Shown piece by piece: positions 17,907 through 27,303 of a DNA stretch of 32,000 bases. Below the pieces are notes generated by a model. The model worked only from the letters and a program-made list of their open reading frames with translations, was not told the DNA's origin and searched no databases. Source of the DNA: an uncultured Anaerofustis sp. (GTDB lineage Bacteria; Bacillota; Clostridia; Eubacteriales; Anaerofustaceae); assembly GCA_963674555.1 (NCBI GenBank), contig OY771429.1, forward strand, positions 1,311,845-1,343,844, given 5' to 3'. How positions within the stretch are numbered: position 1 is the stretch's first letter; every line of letters begins with the position of its first letter. The translations under genes and the position numbers were made by a program.

Positions 17907-18244
17907 ATAGGATCTCCTCTCAGTCTCATAAAGTGAATATATCGAAAGATATTTTTATTTATTATAGCATAATCGTCAAATGTTTTCTTGATTTTTTGCA
18001 GATCCATCTCGGACTTTTTCTTATGGAAATTCAAAATTGCTTTTAGGCCTTTTTATAAAAACTATTTTTATTGAATAATGCAATAAAAATCACAGATTGA
18101 TTTTGTAACTATAGTATTTCAGTATATTATATATTTATAAGGTCAATTTTTCTGATCGATATTCAACTTAGCATAGCACAAAAAAAAGTATTTCAATGAC
18201 ATATATCGATCGTGCTTAAATTGCGAATTGCGGAGGGAGAAAAC

Positions 18245-19384
18245 ATGTTATATAGGAAATTCGGAAAAACAAATGAAGATGTATCTATTTTAGGATTTGG
18301 ATGCATGAGATTGCCTTTGATTGAAGGCGGTGATCCATCGCAGATCGATGAAGAGTTATCCGTTAAATTGGTGCGCTACGCGATCGATGAGGGTGTCAAT
18401 TATATTGATACCGCTTATCCGTATCACGGAACAAGCAGGACAAGCGGCGGCGCAAGCGAACCTTTTGTGGCAAAGGCGTTAAAAGACGGCTACCGCGACA
18501 AAGTCAATATCGCGACGAAATTGCCGAGTTGGTTAGTTAATACCAGAGAAGATATGGATCGATTACTCAACGAACAGTTGGAACGTCTCGAAACAGATCA
18601 TATCGATTTTTATTTGGTACACGGTATCAACGCCGAACGTTGGCCGGTATTGAAAGCTGCGGGTTTTGGCGAGTTCTTAGATGCGGCGATCGCTGACGGC
18701 AGGATCCGCTACGCAGGATTCTCATTCCATGACAAGCTCGATCTTTTCATAGAGATCGTCGATTATTATGATTGGTCATTCTGTCAGATACAACTCAACT
18801 ATTTGGATATCGCGTTTCAAGCGGGTATCACCGGATTGGAATACGCGGCAAGCAAAAACCTCGGAATAACCATCATGGAACCGCTCAAAGGCGGAAAACT
18901 TGCCAATCAATTACCTGAGGAAGCGTTGGATATCTTCAATCAAGCTTCTGTGAAACGCACACCTGCCGATTGGGCACTGCGTTGGGTCTATAACAGACCG
19001 GAAGTTTCGGTAGCGCTCAGCGGCATGAATTCCATGGAACAAGTTAAAGAGAACCTTCAAACAGCAAGCGAAGCGGAAGCGAATGCTTTAACAGCCGAAG
19101 AAATGGAAATGTTCGAAAAGATCCACGCGATCTTCCAAGAAAAAAATAAAGTGGGCTGCACGACTTGCGGATACTGCATGCCGTGTCCATCGGGTGTCAA
19201 TATCCCGGGTTGCTTTACGGCTTATAACAATTTCTATATCTTTGATGAAAATATGTATTGGGTCGTATCACCCGATCAAAAAGCGTCCAATTGTGTGGAA
19301 TGCGGCGAATGCGAAACAAAATGTCCGCAGAGCATCAATATCATCGATGAATTGAAAAACGTGACCGCTGCTTTGGAAAATTAA
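18245..19384 (+). CDS. Aldo/keto reductase with C-terminal 2x[4Fe-4S] ferredoxin-like domain
   Basis: AKR N-terminus YRKFGKTNEDVSILGFGCMRLP and IDTAYPYH. C-terminal Cys motifs CTTCGYCMPCP and CVECGECETKCP. I prefer the start at 18245 (RBS GGAGGGAG) over 18212. Confidence 0.85.
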   Translation: MLYRKFGKTNEDVSILGFGCMRLPLIEGGDPSQIDEELSVKLVRYAIDEGVNYIDTAYPYHGTSRTSGGASEPFVAKALKDGYRDKVNIATKLPSWLVNTREDMDRLLNEQLERLETDHIDFYLVHGINAERWPVLKAAGFGEFLDAAIADGRIRYAGFSFHDKLDLFIEIVDYYDWSFCQIQLNYLDIAFQAGITGLEYAASKNLGITIMEPLKGGKLANQLPEEALDIFNQASVKRTPADWALRWVYNRPEVSVALSGMNSMEQVKENLQTASEAEANALTAEEMEMFEKIHAIFQEKNKVGCTTCGYCMPCPSGVNIPGCFTAYNNFYIFDENMYWVVSPDQKASNCVECGECETKCPQSINIIDELKNVTAALEN

Positions 19385-19406
19385 ATAATATATGCCATAT
19401 ATATGA

Positions 19407-19440
19407 TATAACGGCTTGTATTGAGCCGTTATATTATTAT
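19407..19440 (+). terminator. Hairpin after the AKR gene, a weak terminator candidate
   Basis: 10-bp stem TATAACGGCT (19407-19416) pairs with AGCCGTTATA (19424-19433). The trailing tract is only TTATTAT, which is poor. Confidence 0.4.
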
Positions 19441-19443
19441 AAT
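19416..19443 (+). promoter_or_regulatory. Candidate promoter of the lar operon
   Basis: TTGTAT (19416-19421), 16-nt spacer, TATAAT (19438-19443). It overlaps the hairpin and lies about 55 nt upstream of the larC ATG. Confidence 0.45.
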
Positions 19444-19499
19444 AAAAGGTAAGATTCGATAACTTCGATATCTCAGATCCTATGAGAGGAAGAGATTGC

Positions 19500-20726
19500 A
19501 TGAGAATATTATATTACGATTGTTTCAGCGGTATCAGCGGTGATATGAACCTAGGGGCGATGATCGATCTGGGTATGCCCGAAGCATATTTGACAAGCGA
19601 ACTTGCGAAGTTGAACTTGCAAGACGAATATACATTATCGTTCAGAAAAGACAGAAAGAAAGAGATCACAGGGACGAAGGTCGATGTGATCTTAACAAAC
19701 GAAGTACCGCCGCATGATCATTCGCATCATGAAGAACGTACGCATGAGGGGCATGAACATCATGCGCACAGACATCTTGCGGATATCCAAGCACTCATTG
19801 ATCAAAGTGATTTGAGCAGGCGCGTTAAATACAACAGTAAAGACATGTTTATGCGTCTCGCGGAAGCGGAAGCTAAGATACACGGAACCTCGGTCGACGA
19901 AGTGATCTTCCACGAAGTCGGCGCGATCGACTCGATCGTGGATGTTATCGGCGCGGCGATCGCATTCGATTATTTTAAAGCGGATATGATCTACTCTTCA
20001 TCCGTGCAAGTCGGAGGCGGTTTCGTCAAATGCGCACACGGACTGATCCCTGTGCCTGCGCCTTCAACATTGGAGATATTAAAAGGCGTACCGCTTAAAT
20101 CAGGCATCGTACAATTTGAAACAACGACACCGACGGGCGCGGCAATACTGGCTGCGAACGTTACGCAGTTTACGGATGATTTGTCATACCCGATACAAAA
20201 GATCGGTTACGGGCTAGGCACAAAGGATTTTGATATCCCGAATGTGTTGCGTGTTTATCTGATCGAAACGCAAGATATGAATATAACCGAAGAACAATAT
20301 ATACTAGAGACGAATATCGATGATATGAATCCCGAACTTTACGGATATATAGAAGAGAAACTCTTTGAGAACGGCGCGTTGGACGTATTCAAAACACCGA
20401 TCATTATGAAAAAAGGAAGACCGGCAGTTAAACTCAGTGTTTTAGTCGATCAGTCACATGAGAAAAAAGTGACGGACATACTCTTTAAAGAAACGACATC
20501 GCTCGGACTGCGCAAATTCAGTGTGGAAAAAGTGATGATAAAAAGAGAATTCATAACACTGGATACGAAATACGGTACTGTCAGCGTAAAGAAAGCATAC
20601 GCAGCTGATTCAACAGTGAAATATAAAGCGGAATACGAAGACTGTAAAAAAGCGGCGATCGCCAATCATGTGCCGATCACGGAAGTGTACAGAGAAGTCG
20701 ATCTGCTTATGCAAAAAGATTTATAA
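19500..20726 (+). CDS. larC: LarC, nickel insertion (cyclometallase) protein for the nickel-pincer nucleotide (NPN) cofactor
   Basis: N-terminus MRILYYDCFSGISGDM and the His-rich stretch PPHDHSHHEERTHEGHEHHAHRH are LarC hallmarks. It is a single uninterrupted ORF. I prefer the start at 19500 (RBS AGAGGAAGAG). Confidence 0.9.
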   Translation: MRILYYDCFSGISGDMNLGAMIDLGMPEAYLTSELAKLNLQDEYTLSFRKDRKKEITGTKVDVILTNEVPPHDHSHHEERTHEGHEHHAHRHLADIQALIDQSDLSRRVKYNSKDMFMRLAEAEAKIHGTSVDEVIFHEVGAIDSIVDVIGAAIAFDYFKADMIYSSSVQVGGGFVKCAHGLIPVPAPSTLEILKGVPLKSGIVQFETTTPTGAAILAANVTQFTDDLSYPIQKIGYGLGTKDFDIPNVLRVYLIETQDMNITEEQYILETNIDDMNPELYGYIEEKLFENGALDVFKTPIIMKKGRPAVKLSVLVDQSHEKKVTDILFKETTSLGLRKFSVEKVMIKREFITLDTKYGTVSVKKAYAADSTVKYKAEYEDCKKAAIANHVPITEVYREVDLLMQKDL

Positions 20727-20755
20727 AGAATAACTCATATTGAAAGGCGTAACTT

Positions 20756-21571
20756 ATGGATGCGCATGAAAAGTTAGAATTACTTAAAAAAAACATACAA
20801 GCGCGCGGCAATTTAGCTGTCGCATTTTCGGGCGGTGTAGACAGCACGTTTTTGATCAAAGTGGCTTCTCAAGTATTGGGAAAAAAAGCCGTAGCGATAA
20901 CAGCACGTGCTGCAGCATTTCCTTTAAAAGAATTTGAAGAAGCCGTAGCATTTACGAAGCAAATCGGTGTACAGCATATCATTATAGACGCGGACGTGTT
21001 CGCGTTTCCGCATTTTTCGGAAAATCCGAAAGAACGTTGCTATTATTGCAAAAAAGCGATCTTCGGTAAGATCACAGAAGCCGCCAAAGCACACGATATC
21101 GATACGATCGCTGACGGAAGTAATGTCGATGACGATTCGGATTACAGACCCGGAATGAAAGCGATCGCTGAATTAAAGGTCGTCAGTCCGTTAAAAGAAG
21201 TCGGTTTGACCAAAGAGGATATACGGTTGCTATCCAAAGAAATGGGACTACCCACTTGGGACAAACAATCTTCGGCTTGTTTGGCTTCACGTATTCCATA
21301 CGGTCAGCCCATCACAAAAGAGAATTTAAGTATGGTCGAACGCGCGGAAAATTATCTGACAGGACTTGGTTTCAAACAGGTTCGTGTCCGTCATCACAAC
21401 GATTTGGCGCGTATTGAAGTCGGAGCGGACGAGCAGTCCCGTTTTTGCGAAAACGGTTTGATGCAACAAGTACATGATGAACTTAAAAAGATCGGCTATA
21501 CGTTTGTAACGCTTGATATGCAAGGGTACCGAATGGGCAGCATGAATGAAGCGATCCTTAAAGATCAGTAA
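20756..21571 (+). CDS. larE: LarE, ATP-dependent sulfur transferase of NPN biosynthesis (PP-loop ATP pyrophosphatase)
   Basis: 271 aa. PP-loop AFSGGVDSTF. Cys175 in SSACLASR, plus CYYC at residues 95-98. Confidence 0.9.
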   Translation: MDAHEKLELLKKNIQARGNLAVAFSGGVDSTFLIKVASQVLGKKAVAITARAAAFPLKEFEEAVAFTKQIGVQHIIIDADVFAFPHFSENPKERCYYCKKAIFGKITEAAKAHDIDTIADGSNVDDDSDYRPGMKAIAELKVVSPLKEVGLTKEDIRLLSKEMGLPTWDKQSSACLASRIPYGQPITKENLSMVERAENYLTGLGFKQVRVRHHNDLARIEVGADEQSRFCENGLMQQVHDELKKIGYTFVTLDMQGYRMGSMNEAILKDQ

Positions 21572-21614
21572 GATAAAGTAACAAGATAATGACGAGCGAT
21601 GAGGAGGTCCGTAC

Positions 21615-22361
21615 ATGGATAAAAATGAAATGAAACAATTGCTTGAATCCGTTAAAAGCGGTGAGACTTCGATCGATACGGCGATGGAAGAACTGATAGA
21701 TCTGCCTTATAAAGATCTCGGTTTTGCAAAAATAGACAACCATCGCGAACTTCGCGTCGGATATCCCGAAGTGATCTATTGCGCGGGCAAAACTGTACAA
21801 CAAGTAAGAGATATCGTTGCGTTCATGCTGACAAAAAACTGTAATATTTTAGCTACGCGCGCAAACGAAGAAATGTATCTTGCCGTTAAAGAGCTTTGTG
21901 CGGATGCGCAATACAACGCATTGGGCGGGGTCATCACGATAAGAAAAAATGAGAAAGAACTGACGGAAAGCTATATCGCAATCGTTTCAGCCGGAACATC
22001 GGATCAGTCGGTCGTTGAAGAAGCTGCGGAAACCGCACTTATTTTAGGCAATCGCGTAGAGAAGATCAACGACGTAGGTGTCGCGGGTATCCATCGTTTG
22101 CTTTCAAAAATGCAGATCGTACGCGGCGCGAGAGTCGTGATCGTCGTTGCGGGTATGGAAGGCGCGCTTGCAAGCGTGGTCGGTGGTATGGTCGATAAAC
22201 CTGTGATCGCCGTACCCACGAGCGTGGGATACGGGGCGAGCTTCGGCGGATTATCGGCACTGCTTACGATGCTTAACAGTTGCGCAAGCGGTGTGACCGT
22301 CGTGAATATAGACAACGGATTCGGAGCAGCTTACACGGCTTCGATGATCAATCAATTATAA
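21615..22361 (+). CDS. larB: LarB, NaAD carboxylase/hydrolase of NPN biosynthesis (PurE-like)
   Basis: 248 aa. N-terminal helical segment followed by a PurE/AIR-carboxylase-like core (IAIVSAGTSDQSVVEEA...VVIVVAGMEGALASVVGG...VIAVPTSVGYG). RBS GAGGAGG upstream. Confidence 0.9.
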   Translation: MDKNEMKQLLESVKSGETSIDTAMEELIDLPYKDLGFAKIDNHRELRVGYPEVIYCAGKTVQQVRDIVAFMLTKNCNILATRANEEMYLAVKELCADAQYNALGGVITIRKNEKELTESYIAIVSAGTSDQSVVEEAAETALILGNRVEKINDVGVAGIHRLLSKMQIVRGARVVIVVAGMEGALASVVGGMVDKPVIAVPTSVGYGASFGGLSALLTMLNSCASGVTVVNIDNGFGAAYTASMINQL

Positions 22362-22406
22362 ATAAAAATATAAAATTCGTATTTGTAAAAATGAGAGGAA
22401 GACAAA

Positions 22407-23366
22407 ATGATCGTATCATTATTCGATGATGAAATAGAGTACAAGTTCGCTGTGGAAGAACTAAAGATGTTGGAAGACAAGCTCGGTGAAAAAATACTGC
22501 GTTGCAAAACAAAAGATGACGCGCTAAGGGCTTTACCCGAAGCGGATATCATCGTGACATTGGGCAGCGGACCGTTTGCGATCCCTTTAGACCAAGATCT
22601 ATTGAATGTATGCGCAAAGCTCAAATTAGTCCTGTGCTTTAACGCGGGTGTTGAAGAATTACCGCTTAATGCCCTAAAAGAAATGGGTGTAACAGTTGGT
22701 AACGGACAAGGCGCGCACGGCAGCACGATCGCCGAATATGTCATAGGCGGTATGATCGCTCTTAATCGTAAATTCAATATGTTTATGAAAAATCAGCAAG
22801 AACATGATTGGGTGCGCTCGGCGCCGGGTTGGAACCTCGAAGGCAAGACAGTTTGTGTGATCGGGACCGGAAGCATCGGGCGAGTGATCGGTAAAAAAGC
22901 ATCGAATATGGATATGCGTGTTATCGGTGTTCGCAAGCATCCGCAACAGATGGACTATTTTGAAGACGTTATGGGTGCTGATCGATTAAACGATGCGCTT
23001 AAACAAAGTGATTATATCGTTCTTGTTATGCCTCTTACGGAAGAAACGTACCATATGTTGGGGAAAGAACAATTCGCGCTTATGAAAGACGAGGCTGTTA
23101 TCGTCAATGTTTCGCGCGGCGATACGATAGATGAAGAAGCAATGATCGAAGCGTTGAAAGACGGGCAGATCAGAGGCGCCGTGCTCGATGTGTTCCATAA
23201 GGAACCGCTTCCGAAAGACAGTCCATTATGGGATATGGACAATGTGATCGTGACACCGCATATCGCGGGCCCGTCATTAAATACGCAGCAAAACGCTGTC
23301 GAGATCATATATGATAAAATTATCAAATTCAGAAACAACGAAGAAATACCGAACAAGATCATTTGA
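22407..23366 (+). CDS. D-isomer-specific 2-hydroxyacid dehydrogenase family protein (NAD-binding)
   Basis: 319 aa. GKTVCVIGTGSIGRVIG Rossmann motif, VNVSRGDTIDEEA, and TPHIAG with the catalytic His. RBS GAGAGGAAG. Lies 46 nt after larB with no terminator between. Confidence 0.85.
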   Translation: MIVSLFDDEIEYKFAVEELKMLEDKLGEKILRCKTKDDALRALPEADIIVTLGSGPFAIPLDQDLLNVCAKLKLVLCFNAGVEELPLNALKEMGVTVGNGQGAHGSTIAEYVIGGMIALNRKFNMFMKNQQEHDWVRSAPGWNLEGKTVCVIGTGSIGRVIGKKASNMDMRVIGVRKHPQQMDYFEDVMGADRLNDALKQSDYIVLVMPLTEETYHMLGKEQFALMKDEAVIVNVSRGDTIDEEAMIEALKDGQIRGAVLDVFHKEPLPKDSPLWDMDNVIVTPHIAGPSLNTQQNAVEIIYDKIIKFRNNEEIPNKII

Positions 23367-23404
23367 TCGCATCTAAAAAAGTTCATTATGAATGGGGGAG
23401 AACA

Positions 23405-24199
23405 ATGAAGAAAATAATCATTATCTTATTAAGTATTTTACTTATCGCAAGCTTGTTTACAGGTTGCGCGAAAGAAGAAACGGAACCGCTTGTCGTTGGG
23501 ATGGAACTGGCTTATCCGCCGTTTGAAACCAAAGACGACAACGGAGACCCGAGCGGTATCAGCGTTGATATGGCTTACGCATTAGGGGAATATTTGGGCA
23601 GAGAAGTCGTGATCGAAAACACAAATTGGGACGGGCTTATACCGTCGTTGCAAACAGGTAAAGTGGATGTTGTTATATCCTCTATGACGATCACGGAAGA
23701 ACGCGGCGAAGTCGTTGACTTCTCAGATCCGTACGCAAAAGCGTATTTGGCGTTGCTCGTTAATAAAGATTCAGGTATCACAAGCGTGGAAGAACTGAAT
23801 CAAAGCGGCAATATCATTGCAGTGAAAAAAGGGACAACGGGTAATATTTACGCGGATAACGTATTAACAAATACTACCGTCAACGCGCTTACTTCGGAGA
23901 GCGCATGTGTCACGGAAGTCACACAAGGCAAAGCGGACGCTTTCATTTACGATCAACTGACCATCTACAGACAAAATCAAGCGAATCCCAATACGACGAT
24001 CGCTGTGATGATACCCGGACAAGAAGCTGAAAATTGGGGAATGGCCGTTAATAAAGGCAATGATGAACTGCTTGCGCAGATCAACGCGTTTATTGCGGAA
24101 TATAAGGCTGACGGAGGGTTTGAAACCTTGACCGAAAAATATCTCTCGGAAGAGAAAGCGACATTTGACGGACTCGGTTTTCCATGGTTCTTCGACTAA
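23405..24199 (+). CDS. Amino-acid ABC transporter substrate-binding lipoprotein (family 3 SBP)
   Basis: Signal peptide with lipobox LFTGC. Has GMELAYPPFE and SSMTITEER motifs of polar amino-acid binding proteins. I prefer the start at 23405 (RBS GGGGGAG) over 23363. Confidence 0.85.
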   Translation: MKKIIIILLSILLIASLFTGCAKEETEPLVVGMELAYPPFETKDDNGDPSGISVDMAYALGEYLGREVVIENTNWDGLIPSLQTGKVDVVISSMTITEERGEVVDFSDPYAKAYLALLVNKDSGITSVEELNQSGNIIAVKKGTTGNIYADNVLTNTTVNALTSESACVTEVTQGKADAFIYDQLTIYRQNQANPNTTIAVMIPGQEAENWGMAVNKGNDELLAQINAFIAEYKADGGFETLTEKYLSEEKATFDGLGFPWFFD

Positions 24200-24208
24200 G
24201 GAGCATTC

Positions 24209-24985
24209 ATGAATCGACCTCAGAATCAAAAACCCGGCAAGACGGTCAAGTTCTTGAGCGCCGTAGCGGTCGCTGTGATCTTGATCGGCTTTGTCGGGCT
24301 TTCCGTACATTTGATCGGATTGAAGTTGGACTTCTCAACGTTGATCAGATACCGTAGCAGATTGTGGCAGGGCTTTGTTGCCACAGTCGTCATCTCTTTA
24401 GGCAGTTTGGTCATCAGTTTACTGATCGGACTTATTACCGCGCTCGGACAAAACGCCAAAAATCTGATCCTTAATTATTTGTGCAGAGCGTACGTGCAGA
24501 TCATACGCGGCACACCGCTTTTGGTGCAGATCTATTTTTTCTATTACATCATCGGTACCGCGTGGGGGATCGATAGCCGCTATATAGCGGGCATTTTGAT
24601 CTTATCGATCTTCGAAGGCGCTTATATTTCAGAGATCATCCGAGGCGGTTTTGAAAGCATTGACAGACAGCAATATGAGATCGCAAGAGCGATCGGATTA
24701 ACCTCGGCTCAAACGTTTCAATATGTTACGGTGCCGATCTTATTATCGCGCATATTGCCTGCTTTGGCGGGACAATTTGCTTCGATCATCAAAGACTCGT
24801 CTCTGCTCTCGGTAATAGCTGTCATCGAACTCACGCAAACGACGCAAGAGATATCCGCGACGAATTTTAGGTTATTCGAAAACTATTTTTTTGTCGGGAT
24901 ACTTTATTTCGTTTTAACTTTCACGGTATCGCTGATTTCAAAAAGATTGGAGAAACAGTACAATCATGAATTTAGAAATCAATAA
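24209..24985 (+). CDS. Amino-acid ABC transporter permease (HisM/GlnP type)
   Basis: 258 aa. Typical motifs (YVQIIRGTPLLVQ, and the EAA-like loop EIARAIGLTSAQTFQYVTVP). RBS AAGGAG upstream. Confidence 0.9.
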   Translation: MNRPQNQKPGKTVKFLSAVAVAVILIGFVGLSVHLIGLKLDFSTLIRYRSRLWQGFVATVVISLGSLVISLLIGLITALGQNAKNLILNYLCRAYVQIIRGTPLLVQIYFFYYIIGTAWGIDSRYIAGILILSIFEGAYISEIIRGGFESIDRQQYEIARAIGLTSAQTFQYVTVPILLSRILPALAGQFASIIKDSSLLSVIAVIELTQTTQEISATNFRLFENYFFVGILYFVLTFTVSLISKRLEKQYNHEFRNQ

Positions 24986-25700
24986 TATCTGTAAAAGTTT
25001 CGGTGATGAAGATGTTTTGCAGGATGTTTGTTATCATGATGACATTACATCCGTAGCCGTGATCGGTCCGTCTGGTGGGGGCAAATCGACTTTGCTTCGT
25101 ATCATTGGCGGATTATTGATCCCAGATTCGGGATCGATAAAAATGGACGCAAAAGAAGTTATTTTTACGGAAAAAGAATTGCACACCTATCGGAAAGATA
25201 TCGGTTTTGTTTTTCAATCAAACGGTCTTTTTGAGCATTTAACCGCGACTGAAAACGTCACATTACCGCTGATCCGTACATTTAATATTGATAAAACCGA
25301 GGCGGTCGACACAGCACATAACCTATTCGAGCGATTCGGCTTGATCGAAGAGAGAGATAAATACCCTTACCAACTCTCGGGCGGTCAATTGCAACGTATA
25401 GCCATAGCGCGCGCTATCGCGGTAAAACCGAAATTGCTTTTATTGGACGAGCCTACTTCAGCGCTCGATCCCGAGTATACAACTGAAGTTTTGGATATGC
25501 TCGGTGAATTGCAGGCGGAAGGATTGCGAACGATCATCGTTACCCATGAAATGGGTTTTGCGAAAAACGCTTGCGAAAAGATCATTTTCCTAACAAATCA
25601 TACGATCGTGGAAAGCGGAAAAAGCGCGGATATATTCAGTTCAGCAAAAACACCTGAACTGAAAAGTTTCTTAAATAAGATATTGGAATGGCGTGTATGA
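24966..25700 (+). CDS. Amino-acid ABC transporter ATP-binding protein
   Basis: 244 aa. Walker A GPSGGGKST, signature LSGGQLQR, Walker B LLLLDEPTS. Its start overlaps the permease gene by 20 nt. Confidence 0.9.
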   Translation: MNLEINNICKSFGDEDVLQDVCYHDDITSVAVIGPSGGGKSTLLRIIGGLLIPDSGSIKMDAKEVIFTEKELHTYRKDIGFVFQSNGLFEHLTATENVTLPLIRTFNIDKTEAVDTAHNLFERFGLIEERDKYPYQLSGGQLQRIAIARAIAVKPKLLLLDEPTSALDPEYTTEVLDMLGELQAEGLRTIIVTHEMGFAKNACEKIIFLTNHTIVESGKSADIFSSAKTPELKSFLNKILEWRV

Positions 25701-25717
25701 TACGTCCGTCATAAATT

Positions 25718-25755
25718 AAAAGAACGCATGATCTTAAGATCATGCGCTTTTTTAT
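25718..25755. terminator. Bidirectional rho-independent terminator
   Basis: Palindrome CGCATGATC-TTAA-GATCATGCG (25725-25746), flanked by an A-run and a T-run. Lies between convergent genes. Confidence 0.8.
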
Positions 25756-25762
25756 TTTCTGT

Positions 25763-27232
25763 TTATTCTAATCCTAATACCGTAATGCGACCTTCTACTT
25801 TTGAAGATATGCGGTTGTGCACGGTCAGATATTCGTCAAGAATTTGCAGGCAAGTCGTAGAGGCGATCTTTTGTTTTTCATTTTGTTCCACTTCTTCCAT
25901 CGGTATACCGAAGAAACGATCGAAGTTATTCAAATGGAATCGTTGTATGCCGACGGAATAGACTTTCTCATCATCAAGCGGTTCACCGTTTAAAGTCAAC
26001 TCCACGATCTCTTTTTCGGGATAGGAATACGTCACGAACAGACCTTTACTGAATTGGTAGAACTCCGTTTCGTTAAGATAAGCGTCATCGCGCAATAAAT
26101 GTTTGACCATCCTTTTTAGTTGATCGCCGTTTGCGTAGACACTCATGATCCAGTCATCGTAAGGAAAGGCCTCCGCAAGATCACCGAACGTAACCGTAGG
26201 TCCCAAAGAATTCGTCCTGATACTTCCGGAACCCAAGAACATGATGTCCAAGCCCAAACTCTCTTGGAAAATATCTGCGAAGAGATTACCCATGTCCGTT
26301 TCTCTGTAGCGAACGGGATGCGTAAGCTGGTGCGGAAGATGGGTCAAGATCCTTCCGAATTTTTTATCCGTGATCTCTTTATATTTTTCTATCGTGTGCT
26401 TTAAGTCTTCATTTACCGGGCAGTAAGAACTATCGATCGGAACGAGTTTCCACTCATACGAATCAACGCGGTTTGTATCGGTGTCGATCTTCAGATCGAA
26501 TCTTCCGATCATGTCCGTACCGGTGCCCGCTTGTACGATCAATATATCGTTTACGAGCTCAGGTTCATCCAAAACAGTGTGCGAATGGCCGCCGACGATA
26601 ATGTCCACGCCCCAATTGGGGTCTAAAAGCTCCGCTAATTTCTTGTCTTGTTCAAAGCCGATATGCGTAAGTAATACAGTCAGGTCAATATCTATCGTTT
26701 TATAGTTGTTACAGATCTTACCGACAGCTTCCGCGGCTTCTTCAATATCGACGAAAGAACCTAGGATATCGTCCTGTTTGGCGTAATCCATGATCTCTTC
26801 GGTGAGCAGTCCGATAAACATGATCTTCATGCCGTCGATCTCAATGATGCGGTACGGTTCAAACAATCGCGTCATATTTGATTTGATATATATATTAGCG
26901 TTGATGATCGGGAAATTCGCGCATTTTTCCAGAAATATCAAATGCGCTAATCCGTAATCGATCTCGTGATTGCCCAATGTCGCTACATCCGGGGCTATCA
27001 TATTCATGATCTCGATGGTCGATAATCCTTTGAATTCGCTGTCGATGACCGAGCCTCGAAACATGTCTCCGGCGATCACATACAAGGAGTTGTCTTCTTC
27101 GTTACGAACTTTATTGACATAGCCCGAAAGCATCGAAACACCGCCGAGCAATTGTTTATCGATCTCTTCGGCTAAGAAGTCTCCGTGCATATCGTTTGAA
27201 TGCAGTAGTGTTAAGTTTTTGATATTTGCCAT
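25763..27232 (-). CDS. Bifunctional metallophosphatase / 5'-nucleotidase, no signal peptide (cytoplasmic)
   Basis: Calcineurin-like motifs HSNDMHGDF, GDMFRGS and GNHEIDYG, plus a 5'-nucleotidase C-terminal domain. I prefer the start at 27232 (MANIKNL, RBS AGGAGAAAG) over 27280. Confidence 0.85.
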   Translation of the reverse strand: MANIKNLTLLHSNDMHGDFLAEEIDKQLLGGVSMLSGYVNKVRNEEDNSLYVIAGDMFRGSVIDSEFKGLSTIEIMNMIAPDVATLGNHEIDYGLAHLIFLEKCANFPIINANIYIKSNMTRLFEPYRIIEIDGMKIMFIGLLTEEIMDYAKQDDILGSFVDIEEAAEAVGKICNNYKTIDIDLTVLLTHIGFEQDKKLAELLDPNWGVDIIVGGHSHTVLDEPELVNDILIVQAGTGTDMIGRFDLKIDTDTNRVDSYEWKLVPIDSSYCPVNEDLKHTIEKYKEITDKKFGRILTHLPHQLTHPVRYRETDMGNLFADIFQESLGLDIMFLGSGSIRTNSLGPTVTFGDLAEAFPYDDWIMSVYANGDQLKRMVKHLLRDDAYLNETEFYQFSKGLFVTYSYPEKEIVELTLNGEPLDDEKVYSVGIQRFHLNNFDRFFGIPMEEVEQNEKQKIASTTCLQILDEYLTVHNRISSKVEGRITVLGLE

Positions 27233-27303
27233 TGTTCTTTCTCCTATATAGTTTTTTATCTTATGTGAATTAAAAATCATTTAGATCCAGATGAAAGATT
27301 ATT

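Noticed and set aside
17907-18244. 340-bp AT-rich intergenic region as a possible riboswitch or sRNA locus
   Set aside because: I could not find conserved riboswitch cores, stable terminator/antiterminator hairpins or a convincing small ORF. It probably holds only divergent promoters. The ORF at 17840-18046 overlaps the CrtI-like gene start and lacks signals.
18245-23366. Whether the AKR-ferredoxin protein or the 2-hydroxyacid dehydrogenase could be a disguised LarA
   Set aside because: Both have complete, canonical motifs of their own families (AKR barrel plus 2x4Fe-4S; Rossmann GxGxxG plus catalytic His). Neither resembles the LarA/DUF2088 architecture. They are kept only as context in the lar finding.
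22352-24310. Minus-strand ORFs 22352-22777, 22674-22946, 23012-23386 and 23864-24310 across the dehydrogenase and SBP genes
   Set aside because: All are antisense to plus-strand genes that carry strong motifs and RBSs. None has an RBS or a recognisable family pattern.
25728-25961. 77-aa plus-strand ORF after the ABC ATPase gene
   Set aside because: It starts inside the terminator hairpin and runs antisense into the 3' end of the 5'-nucleotidase gene.
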